Positions 9,854 through 19,796 are shown, counted from the stretch's first letter. The stretch is DNA of 64,000 nucleotides from an uncultured Candidatus Saccharimonas sp. (GCA_943358095.1 CALRGT010000001.1:82842-146841); one strand, 5' to 3'. The notes: generated by a model from the sequence alone, not told the origin. Made by a program: numbers and translations.

Positions 9854-9937
9854 CTAGGAGCTCCTCCTAGCTCTATATGGGATCTGTGTGGCTTTTGAAT
9901 TATTTTACTAGTTCACAATTTATGATAAAATTTAAGC

Positions 9938-10702
9938 ATGAGCAAAACAATTACACTTATCGGTTTGAGAAAATTCAATTATTTTATGGCGGCACTCCAC
10001 GGCCTCCAAGCAGTCGCCTTACTGGCATTAAGCAAAAACTTTACTCTGCCTATCAGCGCAGGCTATCTGAGCTGGGACCAGGCAGCCATGAGAGTAGTGC
10101 CACGAAGTACTGTGCTCTTTAACTTGTCGCTGCCATTACTTATCGCCATGTTCCTAATAATATCGTCGGTAGCTCATATCATAATAGCAACCGTATACAA
10201 CAAAACTTATAACGAAAACCTACAGAAGGGCATCAATAAAGCCCGTTGGTTTGAATACTCTATATCAGCAAGCATTATGATGGTTGCGATTGCATTACTA
10301 GTTGGTGTCTACGACCTTACTAGCCTAGTTATGATCTTTAGTCTTACTGCAATCATGAACTTGCTTGGACTTGTCATGGAAATACACAACCAAACAACTA
10401 CTAAGACTAACTGGGTTAGTTATTGGATAGGCTGCCTAGCAGGAATCATACCTTGGTTAGTTATAGCATTTTACTTCTGGTTGTCAGCAAGCAAGGAAAC
10501 AGCTGCACCAGTATTCGTCTACTTTATTTTTGTATCCCTCTTCATCTTCTTTAACTGCTTTGCAATCAACATGGTTTTGCAATACAAGAAGGTCGGCAAG
10601 TGGAGTAATTACCTATATGGTGAACGTGCCTATATCATCCTGAGCCTAGTTGCTAAATCTCTACTAGCATGGCAGGTATTCGGCGGCACACTTCGTCCAT
10701 AA
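9938..10702 (+). CDS. Heliorhodopsin
   Basis: N...AALHGLQ, RWFEYSISASIM, FNCFAINM.LQY, YLYGERAYIILSLVAKSLLAWQ with retinal-binding Lys. Confidence 0.95.
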   Translation: MSKTITLIGLRKFNYFMAALHGLQAVALLALSKNFTLPISAGYLSWDQAAMRVVPRSTVLFNLSLPLLIAMFLIISSVAHIIIATVYNKTYNENLQKGINKARWFEYSISASIMMVAIALLVGVYDLTSLVMIFSLTAIMNLLGLVMEIHNQTTTKTNWVSYWIGCLAGIIPWLVIAFYFWLSASKETAAPVFVYFIFVSLFIFFNCFAINMVLQYKKVGKWSNYLYGERAYIILSLVAKSLLAWQVFGGTLRP

Positions 10703-10727
10703 TGGTATTTAAAAGCACTTGCACTAT

Positions 10728-10977
10728 GGTGTATAATTAATTCAGCAATGGGAGCATGAACCGCAATCGCGGTCATAGTTCACGAGCTTTATTTTTCAAC
10801 TCTAGGGCGGCATACTCCGGTCACTACCTCACCCTCACATAGCTAAACCTGTAGATATAGTAACCGAACGGTTTTACTTATATCACTTTATCAGGAAGCT
10901 CACATTTAAAACCCGTTCAGCTGAACCAAATGGTCAGTTGTTCTCTTAAAGTCTACTAAATGTGAGGAGCTAGAGTT
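10728..10977 (+). promoter_or_regulatory. Promoter (GGTGTATAATT) plus structured 5' leader, related to 31031-31332
   Basis: Shared motifs GCTTTATT, GGCATACTC, GTCACT, CCAAATGG, CGTTCARCTGA; segments complementary to the RBS region. Confidence 0.6.
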
Positions 10978-11238
10978 ATGAATCAAACAATCAACAAGCA
11001 AATTTCGGTATTATCTTATTATTTTTCTAGTGGTAACTGTGCGCGTTTCTTCCCAAAAAAAATTGAATTTGAAGGCAGCGAACTAGACCTGATCGAATCT
11101 GGTCTTAGGTGCTTGGTCAAAAAAGGCCAAAGCTTTATTCAGATATTCAACATGAGTGATGGCAACAACGAATACCGTCTAAGCTTTGAGCCAGATAATC
11201 GTGAATGGACTCTTTTAAGCATGAAAGCTCAGGCCTAG
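10978..11238 (+). CDS. Small protein, paralogue of the Y-polymerase partner at 31333-31599
   Basis: INKQISVLSYY vs INEEVSVIMYY; YRLSFEPDNREWTL vs FRLNLDTSNLHWRL; GAGGAG RBS. Confidence 0.8.
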   Translation: MNQTINKQISVLSYYFSSGNCARFFPKKIEFEGSELDLIESGLRCLVKKGQSFIQIFNMSDGNNEYRLSFEPDNREWTLLSMKAQA

Positions 11239-11241
11239 ACT

Positions 11242-11463
11242 ATGCAACTCACACTACAACTTGCGTCTAACAATAGCTGGGCATTTGCTAAGTACCGTCA
11301 CTATAACTATTCGATCAAACCATCATCTAATAGAAATATAATCATTACTGCTTGTTCGCGTGAGGCAAAATTACTTGGAATTAAAGCAGGTATGCATTAT
11401 GAAAAAGCCAAGACCTTAATTCCAGAAATTAAAATATTCATAATCGGAGGGACCAATGTATGA
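11242..11463 (+). CDS. Stand-alone Y-family polymerase finger-domain mini-protein
   Basis: IITACSREAKLLGIKAGM..EKAKTLIP aligns with IIASSYEAKALGIKLGV..RDARLLC in 31580-32821; catalytic acidic motifs absent. Confidence 0.75.
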   Translation: MQLTLQLASNNSWAFAKYRHYNYSIKPSSNRNIIITACSREAKLLGIKAGMHYEKAKTLIPEIKIFIIGGTNV

Positions 11464-11680
11464 CAAATCAAACACCGAATTGGCAGAAGTACTTAGACAC
11501 TACGGTAAAGACTTCCAAGCTTTCAAAATCAAATGGAAAGGCGTCGATTACCACATCTCGAAAATCGCACTTAAACAATCAAAGGGGATCACAACCAATA
11601 ACTTTTGCGTTCTTGAGGCAACTGACGGATTGGCTATTTTTGAAATAGTCACCCATCAACCTTGGCCAAAATTCCACTAA
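11456..11680 (+). CDS. Small protein, probable third paralogue of the Y-polymerase partner
   Basis: KIKWKGVDYHISKI vs LIRWQNREYLVGKI; GGAGGG RBS; overlaps previous gene. Confidence 0.6.
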   Translation: MYDKSNTELAEVLRHYGKDFQAFKIKWKGVDYHISKIALKQSKGITTNNFCVLEATDGLAIFEIVTHQPWPKFH

Positions 11681-11737
11681 TATGAACTATCCACAAAACT
11701 CATTACAAATGATGAGTAATCTGTTATTCTATGTCAT

Positions 11738-12727
11738 ATGAACCTCTTTTCGAGCCTCAATCAAGCCTCAGTACACGATTATCATGTACCGCTTTTTCTA
11801 TATCTAGCCATGCTGGCCGTACTAGCATTTTACGCAGTTATCGAATTTCGTCATTCAAAACACGATCACGTAATTAAGTTCAAAGAGGCTCTAAAGTGGT
11901 CGTTAATATACATATTTATATCCTTAGCTTTTTCGGTTCTAATATTTTTCTTGATCGGCAAACAAGCAGCCGGTGAATATTTAGCTGCTTGGGGAATAGA
12001 GAAGGCGCTAAGCCTCGACAACTTATTTCTTATAGGATTGATCTTTGCTGGTTTTAATGTCAAGCCAGAATACCAAAGACGAATGCTCAACTACGGCATA
12101 GCTGGTGCAATAATCTTCAGACTTATATTTATATTGGCAGGATTCGAGCTTTTAAGGCGTTTTGAGTGGATAAGTGTTGTCTTTGGGCTAATCTTGCTGA
12201 GAGCATCCTGGAAGGCATACAAAGAGGCTCGTGGTGGCCATGATATTGAAGAAGAATTTGAAGCCTTAGAAGGACCAATATTTCGGCTAATGAATAAAGT
12301 GCTGCCTATTTATCCTAAGTTTGACGGTCACAAACTTACAACAAAAGTGAACGGAAAACGCATGTTAACGATGATGGCTGCAGTGATTATTGTAATAGAG
12401 TTCACGGATGTCATATTGGCTGTGGATAGTGTGCCAGCAGTTCTAGCAGTCAGCCCAGACCGTTTTATAGCCTACTCCAGCAATGTTTTTGCTTTACTAG
12501 GCCTAAGAGCGCTATTTTTTGTCTACGAAGCTGTTGCCGACAAGTTCTGGGCAATTAACTGGGCGCTGTCGGCTATCTTAGGCTGGATTAGCTTTAAAAT
12601 GATAACCGGTCCGTTCGGCCTACATATACCAATATTAATCAATCTTGGCGTTCTGTTTGTATTATTTTTCGGAAGCATGATTATTTCTATCGTATGGCAA
12701 CCCAAGCACAAAAAAGCTAAAGCTTAG
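11738..12727 (+). CDS. terC: TerC/Alx-family membrane protein
   Basis: IEKALSLDNLF, YGIAGAIIFR, IEFTDVILAVDSVPA, SSNVFALLGLRALF. Confidence 0.92.
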   Translation: MNLFSSLNQASVHDYHVPLFLYLAMLAVLAFYAVIEFRHSKHDHVIKFKEALKWSLIYIFISLAFSVLIFFLIGKQAAGEYLAAWGIEKALSLDNLFLIGLIFAGFNVKPEYQRRMLNYGIAGAIIFRLIFILAGFELLRRFEWISVVFGLILLRASWKAYKEARGGHDIEEEFEALEGPIFRLMNKVLPIYPKFDGHKLTTKVNGKRMLTMMAAVIIVIEFTDVILAVDSVPAVLAVSPDRFIAYSSNVFALLGLRALFFVYEAVADKFWAINWALSAILGWISFKMITGPFGLHIPILINLGVLFVLFFGSMIISIVWQPKHKKAKA

Positions 12728-12849
12728 CGCGAAATAGCGTTTAAACTATTTGACACTAAATATTTGCGCTATACGCTTGCCGAAAAGTAGCGTCTTGGTG
12801 GATAATGATTAGTGTTCTATTGAAATCGATAAATTAATTAGGGGGCTGT

Positions 12850-13101
12850 ATGTCGAAGATTACAATTTATAGCACTGCAACTTGTGTCTACTGCAAAATG
12901 CTCAAAGACTATCTTACAAAGCATAAAATCAAATACACCGAAAAGCACGTTGACCAAGATCAGAAGTTAGTGCAGGAGCTCATGGATAAGAGTGGGCAAC
13001 TTGGCGTACCATTTACAGTTATCGAAAACGACGACGAAACGTCTAGTACAATTCTAGGATTCGACAAGTCAAAGATCGATCAAATACTCGGTCTGGCATA
13101 A
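12850..13101 (+). CDS. Glutaredoxin/NrdH-like redoxin
   Basis: CVYC active site, GVP, GFD. Confidence 0.92.
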   Translation: MSKITIYSTATCVYCKMLKDYLTKHKIKYTEKHVDQDQKLVQELMDKSGQLGVPFTVIENDDETSSTILGFDKSKIDQILGLA

Positions 13102-13124
13102 AAAATTAATTCAGGAGGTCAAAA

Positions 13125-13427
13125 ATGAAGGCTATTTGGAACGGAGTAGTTATAGCAGAAGCTCCTAGAGAAGAGTTAATTTATATTGAAGGTACCTTGT
13201 ATTTTCCGCCTTCTGCCGTCAATAAGGACTATTTTACTGCAAATGACTTTCATACAACCTGCCCATGGAAGGGCGAAGCCAGCTATTATAACGTCGAGGT
13301 TAACGGCAGCAAAAACGCCAATGGCGCCTGGTATTATCCGCAACCAAAGTCAGGGGCTATAGAAAAAGTCAAAAAAGACTTTAAGAATTACATAGCTTTC
13401 TGGCAGGGGATAATTGTTGAAGAATAA
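13125..13427 (+). CDS. DUF427 domain protein
   Basis: IEG..YFPP, TTCPWKGEASYY, AWYYP.P. Confidence 0.9.
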   Translation: MKAIWNGVVIAEAPREELIYIEGTLYFPPSAVNKDYFTANDFHTTCPWKGEASYYNVEVNGSKNANGAWYYPQPKSGAIEKVKKDFKNYIAFWQGIIVEE

Positions 13428-13468
13428 GCCTTATCTATCTTTCTACAAATAAACTATACTAGGCATAA

Positions 13469-14077
13469 ATGACCGATCATAAATTAAACAACCCACAACC
13501 TTTCAGCAACAAACTTGATTTGTGGCTAAAAAGTGACAGCCCAAAAACCTTGGCTGCAATGAACGATGTTTTTGCCGAAAAAAGCTTTGCAATATCTTTT
13601 CTGCTATTAATGTCTATACCTTCTCTGCCAATTCCTACTGGAGGTATCACGCATGTGTTTGAAGCAATAACCATATTACTTGCTATCGAACAAATTATCG
13701 GCTTGCGAACTATATGGACACCTAAATCATTAGGCAAAAGAGAAATCCCAATATCTATAATCAAAAAAGCCCTGCCTTTTTTAATCCGAAGAATAAAATG
13801 GTTCGAGAAGTACTCTCGTCCTAGATTTAGCAAATTCTTGGCCAATCCTATAGTTAATTCAATGTTTGGCATTATAATTCTTGGACTCGCACTAATTGCA
13901 ATAACGGCCGTACCTTTTAGCGGACTAGACACGCTACCTTCGCTAGGAATTGTTTTCATTTCACTAGGACTCATACTTGAGGATATTGTCGGAGCGATAG
14001 TGGGCATACTAATAGGATTAGCCGGCGTTGCAGTAATATTTGGACTAAGTCAGATTATAGTCAATCTAATACACTAA
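13469..14077 (+). CDS. ExoD-family membrane protein
   Basis: LPIPTGG, EKYSRPR, PFSGLDTLPSLGI...LGLILED. Confidence 0.88.
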   Translation: MTDHKLNNPQPFSNKLDLWLKSDSPKTLAAMNDVFAEKSFAISFLLLMSIPSLPIPTGGITHVFEAITILLAIEQIIGLRTIWTPKSLGKREIPISIIKKALPFLIRRIKWFEKYSRPRFSKFLANPIVNSMFGIIILGLALIAITAVPFSGLDTLPSLGIVFISLGLILEDIVGAIVGILIGLAGVAVIFGLSQIIVNLIH

Positions 14078-14610
14078 AACTCGTAAACAAACCAATGATG
14101 TCTTTTAATTATTGGTTTTCGTATAGGCAATTTAAATATATAACTAACAAATTTAGTGCCTGGCTTCAATTCGTTATCAAGTTTAGACTCCAATTTTTCC
14201 ATGAAACGAGGTGTCAAAAAAGTCATAACTACATCAGCATCCGACAAGTCACAACTCCAGAAGTTGCCTAGATAAACGTGAGCCGACTTATATTTATAAT
14301 TCCTGAGCCAAGCGATAAGCCACATCAACGGATTAATCTCGTAACCTATCGCAGTTGCACCCATTTTGGCGGCCTCAGCGACAAATCGTCCATCACCACA
14401 ACCAAGCTCATAAAACACATCGCCTGACTTTAAACGACTATCTTTAATTACTCTTTTTAGATCTTTCTTAAATGCAGGAACCCAAGGTGCACCCAAAGGA
14501 CCTGCTACGGCAAATCCAACTAATATGATAAAGAATACTCCAAAATAGATATAGATTTGCATGAATTTATGTACATTATATAGGCGTCGGTATATGATTG
14601 GAAGTATCAA
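14074..14610 (-). CDS. Class I SAM-dependent methyltransferase, membrane anchored
   Basis: GAPWVP, YELGCGDGR, GYEINP, ELKPGTK.VSY.F. Confidence 0.85.
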   Translation of the reverse strand: MILPIIYRRLYNVHKFMQIYIYFGVFFIILVGFAVAGPLGAPWVPAFKKDLKRVIKDSRLKSGDVFYELGCGDGRFVAEAAKMGATAIGYEINPLMWLIAWLRNYKYKSAHVYLGNFWSCDLSDADVVMTFLTPRFMEKLESKLDNELKPGTKFVSYIFKLPIRKPIIKRHHWFVYEF

Positions 14611-14619
14611 ATCTAGCTT

Positions 14620-15996
14620 ATGTTAAACAAAGACGAAATAACCACTGATGTAAATGAGATAAAAACCAGAGTTGGGGATTCTTTAGCATCTCAAAAAGCT
14701 GTTGGTGCTATGGCTACGGGACAAGTTATCAAGACCGCTCACGAAGTAAAGAGCTACTGGAACAAACTAGGACCAGGACTAACAACCGGTGCCTCAGATG
14801 ACGACCCTTCAGGAATAGCCACTTACTCCCAAGCTGGGGCAAGATATGGCTTCCAGCTGCTGTGGCTAGCTGCCTTTACGTTTCCGTTAATGTCGGTCGT
14901 ACAAGAAATGTGTGCTCGTATCGGACTAGTTACTGGCAGGGGATTAGCCGGCACAATAAGATTACACTTTTCAAAAAAACTACTTTATACGGTTAGCCTA
15001 TTATTATTTGTGGCAAATGCTTTTAACATTGGAGCCGACCTTGGTGCTATGGCTAAAGGTGCGCAGTTAATCAATGCAGGATGGAATTTCTATATGCTAG
15101 TCATAGGATTCTCCGCCATCAGCTTGGCTCTACAGGTTTTTACTCCTTACGACAAATACGCACGATACCTAAAATGGCTAGCTATGGTCTTGCTGGCTTA
15201 CGTAGCGTCGGCAATACTAGCGCACTTAAATTGGGCAGACGTTATGCGTCATGCATTCATACCTCACATCAAATTCGACAAAGATCAACTACTACTCATT
15301 TGCGGCGTACTAGGCACAACTATTTCACCTTATTTATTCTTTTGGCAGACCTCACAGGAAGTAGAAGGCGAAATATCAAAAGGCAAAACATCTTTAGTGT
15401 CACGCCGTGGTGCCACTACGTCTGAAATTAAAAATATGCGTATAGATGTCTGGTCTGGAATGTTTTTGTCTAATGTAGTTATGTTCTTCATAATTGCAGC
15501 TTGCGGTGCTTTACTGTTTGGTAACGGTATAACCAACATAACTACAGCCTCGCAGGCAGCAGAGGCATTAAGACCTTTCGCAGGCGATGCTACCTATTTC
15601 TTATTTGCAGTGGGCATCATAGGCACAGGGCTACTTGCAATACCCGTGCTGGCCGGTTCTAGCTCGTATGCCATCGCAGAAAGCTTTCAGTGGAAGGAAG
15701 GCCTTAGCCGTAAGCTTCGTCAAGCACAGGCTTTCTACGCCACTATATTCTTGTCTATGTTGATAGGACTAGGCATTAACTTTATTGGCATCGATCCTAT
15801 CAAAGCACTTATCTATTCTGCAGTCTTTAACGGCATTATCGCACCACTAATACTTCTGCCAATTGTTTTAATCAGCAGCAATCGCAAAATTATGGGCGAG
15901 TGGACTAACCATAAACTAACGACATTGATTGGCTGGATGGTTGTTGGAATAATGACTATTGCAGGCGTAGCAGCAATTATTGCAATAATGCTTTAA
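14620..15996 (+). CDS. NRAMP-family divalent metal transporter
   Basis: LGPGLTTGASDDDPSGIATYSQAGA; GTTISPYLFFWQ. Confidence 0.93.
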   Translation: MLNKDEITTDVNEIKTRVGDSLASQKAVGAMATGQVIKTAHEVKSYWNKLGPGLTTGASDDDPSGIATYSQAGARYGFQLLWLAAFTFPLMSVVQEMCARIGLVTGRGLAGTIRLHFSKKLLYTVSLLLFVANAFNIGADLGAMAKGAQLINAGWNFYMLVIGFSAISLALQVFTPYDKYARYLKWLAMVLLAYVASAILAHLNWADVMRHAFIPHIKFDKDQLLLICGVLGTTISPYLFFWQTSQEVEGEISKGKTSLVSRRGATTSEIKNMRIDVWSGMFLSNVVMFFIIAACGALLFGNGITNITTASQAAEALRPFAGDATYFLFAVGIIGTGLLAIPVLAGSSSYAIAESFQWKEGLSRKLRQAQAFYATIFLSMLIGLGINFIGIDPIKALIYSAVFNGIIAPLILLPIVLISSNRKIMGEWTNHKLTTLIGWMVVGIMTIAGVAAIIAIML

Positions 15997-17229
15997 CTAT
16001 TCATATCTCAGGGCTTCGATAGGGTCTTTGCGCGCCGCCCTAACAGCTGGAATAACTCCAAAAACAATACCTAAAGCTATAGAAACTCCAGCAGAGATTA
16101 GAACTACTTCTAATGAGATGACTGGATTCAAATGCGTTACTATTCGTAGTACCGCATTAATGACAAAAGCCAGGCCTATACCAATTGCACCACCAGTAGA
16201 ACTAAGTATCGTGGCCTCGACAAAAAACTGCTCTGATATTTGACGATTCGTAGCGCCGATAGCTTTTCTAATTCCAATCTCACGAGTTCTTTCGGTCACA
16301 GAAACAAGCATAATATTCATAATACCAATTCCACCTATTAGCAGAGACATGGCGGCAACTCCAGATATAAACGCCGTAAATACTTTTAGAATATTGCTAA
16401 CAACACTTAGATTTTCGTCCTGTTTCAATACTGTGAAGTCGTTTTGACCGCCATGAGCTAGCGTCATCTTTTTGTTTATTGCAGCTATTACGGCTGTAGT
16501 CTGGTCGACGCTTTCAGGACGAACTAGAACCTGCGCTAATTGATTGTGTCCGGTCAGCTCTTGACCTGCGGCATAAGGCATAGCAATTGCCTGATTCAAA
16601 TCTGTGCCGTAAGCTAGTGGACTATAGTTAAATTCTTCAAATACACCAATTACTACAAATTCAACGCCCCGAATAGTGAGAGTTCGACCTATCGGCACAT
16701 TCTCGGCGAATAAATTCTCGGCAACTCGCTTACCAATTACGACGACATGCTTATTAGAGTCTGTATCGTCAAAAAATACTCCATGATTAATTGTTTGCTT
16801 TAGCATGGCGGGGAACTTATCGTTTGTGGCAATTACCAAGCTTTGATTGTACTGAACGTCGTCCAGCTTAACTCCGCTATTAACTAGGCCTATCGGAACG
16901 ACAGTTTTTACTCCACTAGATGATTTAATCGTCTCAAGATCTGAATCGCTCATACTCCCACTACCAAATGCAAAACTACTAATCTGATTAACTTTCACAA
17001 TATTGCCGTTTTTATCACGAGTAACCAAGTTACCGGGTCGTACCGAGATCAAATCACTGCCAAGTAAGTTAATCTGGCCAACGACTTGTCGTTTTACGCC
17101 CTCACCAATACTGACTATTGTTATCACTGACAGGACGCCAAGAATCACACCTGTCATGGTCATTAAGCTACGCCATTTAGAATATTTAAGACTTTGTGCA
17201 GCAGATCTTATATTGCGTGTGATTGACAT
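15997..17229 (-). CDS. ABC transporter permease, MacB/FtsX-like
   Basis: IGGIGIMNIMLVSVTERTREIGIRKAIGA; PA.RAARKDPIEALRYE. Confidence 0.93.
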   Translation of the reverse strand: MSITRNIRSAAQSLKYSKWRSLMTMTGVILGVLSVITIVSIGEGVKRQVVGQINLLGSDLISVRPGNLVTRDKNGNIVKVNQISSFAFGSGSMSDSDLETIKSSSGVKTVVPIGLVNSGVKLDDVQYNQSLVIATNDKFPAMLKQTINHGVFFDDTDSNKHVVVIGKRVAENLFAENVPIGRTLTIRGVEFVVIGVFEEFNYSPLAYGTDLNQAIAMPYAAGQELTGHNQLAQVLVRPESVDQTTAVIAAINKKMTLAHGGQNDFTVLKQDENLSVVSNILKVFTAFISGVAAMSLLIGGIGIMNIMLVSVTERTREIGIRKAIGATNRQISEQFFVEATILSSTGGAIGIGLAFVINAVLRIVTHLNPVISLEVVLISAGVSIALGIVFGVIPAVRAARKDPIEALRYE

Positions 17230-17230
17230 A

Positions 17231-18163
17231 TTATTTCTTTATCCGTTTCATGCTTTTTGAGCGACTAGTTGGCTTCTTGGCTTTTGCACGAGGCTTTTTG
17301 GTGGTGTGTTTGGTCGGGATAGCCTTCATCAGAGCTGACACGCCAGCCAAATCATCTTCTTCGGTCTTTCGCTGGAATAAGTTCAAAGCTTTTCTTGCCA
17401 GTTTTGGAACTTCGCCAATTGGTGTGTTCTCGTCATGAACTATGACTCCGTCATGCATGTAGACAACTCTATTAACATATCTTGTCAGTTCTGGATTATG
17501 GGTAACTAGCAAAATAGTATTGCCCAGTTTATGAATGTCACTTAATAACTCCATAACAACTCTACTAGATTCGCTGTCAAGGTTACCCGTCGGCTCGTCA
17601 GCAATAATAATATCCGGGCTATTTACTAGGGCCCTGGCAATTGCAGCTCTTTGCGTCTGGCCACCACTTAAATGTTTTGGCAGATAATACTCACGGTCAG
17701 ACAAACCAACTCTTTCCAGTAGGGCAGAAGCAGTCTTTATTCTTTTATTAGCTCCAACACCCTTATATACCAAGGGAAGAGCAACGTTCTCTAAAACATT
17801 AAGCCTTGGTAGAAGGTTAAATGATTGAAAAACATAACCTACGCGGTCACGACGGATTTTTGCCAATTGATTTGTCCTAAGCCTTGAAACATCTTTACCA
17901 CCTAATTTATAACTACCGTAAGTAGGTCGATCCAATAGTCCAATTAGGTTCATTAGTGTCGACTTGCCAGACCCGCTAGGACCCATAATTGCTACGAATT
18001 CACCTTTTTCGATAACCAAATCAATTTCGTCTAAAGCCAAAGTAGTAGCATCGCCAAAACCAAAAATTTTACTAATTTCTTTGAGTTCAATTATTGGCAC
18101 TGAATGCAATCCTTTTATGTTTATCGTTTGGCTTATAAAAGGCGCACTCGTTTTTGCGAGCAC
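17231..18163 (-). CDS. ABC transporter ATP-binding protein, LolD/MacB type
   Basis: GPSGSGKST, LSGGQTQR, IADEPTGNLD, VTH. Confidence 0.95.
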   Translation of the reverse strand: MLAKTSAPFISQTINIKGLHSVPIIELKEISKIFGFGDATTLALDEIDLVIEKGEFVAIMGPSGSGKSTLMNLIGLLDRPTYGSYKLGGKDVSRLRTNQLAKIRRDRVGYVFQSFNLLPRLNVLENVALPLVYKGVGANKRIKTASALLERVGLSDREYYLPKHLSGGQTQRAAIARALVNSPDIIIADEPTGNLDSESSRVVMELLSDIHKLGNTILLVTHNPELTRYVNRVVYMHDGVIVHDENTPIGEVPKLARKALNLFQRKTEEDDLAGVSALMKAIPTKHTTKKPRAKAKKPTSRSKSMKRIKK

Positions 18164-18265
18164 ACCTATGTATTACACCTATATGTTACTCTGTTGGGTT
18201 GAATATTCAAGAGTAAAATGGAAATTAAAATATTAGGTCTAATCTGTTACAATATTGACTACAAT

Positions 18266-18355
18266 GGAGAGGTCGCATAGTGGCCTAGTGCGCCGTCTTG
18301 GAAAGGCGGTATGGGGGCAACCTCATCGAGGGTTCAAATCCCTCCCTCTCCGCCA
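18266..18355 (+). tRNA. tRNA-Ser(GGA)
   Basis: GGAGAGG acceptor, anticodon arm CCGTC-TTGGAAA-GGCGG, long variable arm, GGTTCAAATCC, CCA end. Confidence 0.95.
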
Positions 18356-18438
18356 AAATATAATGCTTGCGCTTAAATTATTGTCGTTGTAAAATACGAG
18401 GGTATTAGCTAAAAAAATATATAGCAAACTAAGAAAGG

Positions 18439-18912
18439 GTGGGCATTAAAATAATGAAGATTCAAAGAAAAGAACAGGGCTTTACAATCGTCGAGCTCTT
18501 AATCGTAATCGTCGTAATCGGTATCTTGGCCGGTCTCGTCATCACTACCTTTACAGGTATCCAACAAAAAGCTCGTAACACTGAACGCCAGACAGATATC
18601 AAGGCTATCCAGTCGCACCTTGAAGCTTATAACGCACAAAACGGCTTCTATCCAACACTAGCAAACATGAACGACACAGCATTCCGTTCAAGCAACCTAA
18701 AAGGTCTAGATGCCGATGCACTAGCTGATCCAAAGGCACCAACCGTACAAACACTGGCCGCTGCACCTGCTGCAAACGTATATTCATATGCAGTAACCAC
18801 TACAGCTGGTGGCGCATGTACTAACGTTGCAGGCGTAGAGTGTACAGTATGGACACTAACAGCCACAAACGAAGGAACTCCAACTACAACTTTCGAAAAG
18901 AAGAGCCTTTAG
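18439..18912 (+). CDS. Type IV pilin (start probably ATG 18454)
   Basis: QG/FTIVELLIVIVVIGILAGL prepilin motif; C-terminal Cys pair. Confidence 0.92.
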   Translation: MGIKIMKIQRKEQGFTIVELLIVIVVIGILAGLVITTFTGIQQKARNTERQTDIKAIQSHLEAYNAQNGFYPTLANMNDTAFRSSNLKGLDADALADPKAPTVQTLAAAPAANVYSYAVTTTAGGACTNVAGVECTVWTLTATNEGTPTTTFEKKSL

Positions 18913-18930
18913 TTAACAATCAATTGTTAT

Positions 18931-18960
18931 TAAAAAAGACCCAGCAATGGGTCTTTTTTA
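18931..18960. terminator. Bidirectional terminator between pilin and pyrH
   Basis: TAAAAAAGACCCA-GCAA-TGGGTCTTTTTTA. Confidence 0.85.
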
Positions 18961-19007
18961 ATTGTCATGAAATATACTATTCCAATCAAAGATTTGGGTA
19001 AAATCGT

Positions 19008-19718
19008 TTACTTAATCGTCGTGCCGATGTTCTCGCCACTAACAACTCTTAGGAAATTTCCTGGAGTCATTGCATCAAAAACAATAATAGGCATATGTTG
19101 TTCCATGGCGAGACCTAGAGCAGCCTTATCCATGACTTTAATTTCGGTATTCTCGACAGCTTGCTGGAAAGTAACTTCTGCTAGCCTGACTGCATCTGGA
19201 CTATGAGAAGGGTCCTTGTCGTATACACCGTCTACTTTGGTGGCCTTTAGCACTCGCTCACAATCAAGTTCTAATGCGATAGAAACAGCTGCAGTGTCGT
19301 GCGTGAAGTATGGTCGTCCAAGACCAGCGGCAACTATCAAGACTCTCTTTCTCTCGAGATGCTTTTCTGCTAATCGATAAGAGTATGACTCGGCAATTTG
19401 TTCTGCAAAAATATTGCTAACACATCTAGTCGGTAGGCCGATACTTTCAAAGATGTCGGTAAGTGCCATGGCGTTTATCAAACCACTCAACATGCCCATT
19501 TGGTCGGCCGTGACTCTTTTGATGCCCTGACCGGCCATTTCCGCGCCTCGCACCATATTACCGCCACCGACTACTAAAACGACTTCTACATCGCTATCTA
19601 CGACTTGTTTTATTTCATTTGCAAGATAAAGAGCTATCTTTGGATCAACGCCAAATTCGTGTTCACCGGACAATTGTTCACCTGATAATTTGAGTAAAAT
19701 TCTTTTGTACATTAGCAT
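19008..19718 (-). CDS. pyrH: UMP kinase
   Basis: YKRILLKLSGE, VVGGGN..RG, ADQMGML, KATKVDGVYDKDP. Confidence 0.96.
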   Translation of the reverse strand: MLMYKRILLKLSGEQLSGEHEFGVDPKIALYLANEIKQVVDSDVEVVLVVGGGNMVRGAEMAGQGIKRVTADQMGMLSGLINAMALTDIFESIGLPTRCVSNIFAEQIAESYSYRLAEKHLERKRVLIVAAGLGRPYFTHDTAAVSIALELDCERVLKATKVDGVYDKDPSHSPDAVRLAEVTFQQAVENTEIKVMDKAALGLAMEQHMPIIVFDAMTPGNFLRVVSGENIGTTIK

Positions 19719-19796
19719 GTAGTTTAACAGATGACCCCAGTTGATGCTATACTTTTCATGAATAACTATTCAACTATGTCTACGCTATAAGGAGCA

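Noticed and set aside
10860..10940. LexA/SOS box in the Y-polymerase leaders
   Set aside because: No exact GAAC-N4-GTTC or CTGT-N8-ACAG found by eye; GAAC/GTTC words fit RNA hairpins better
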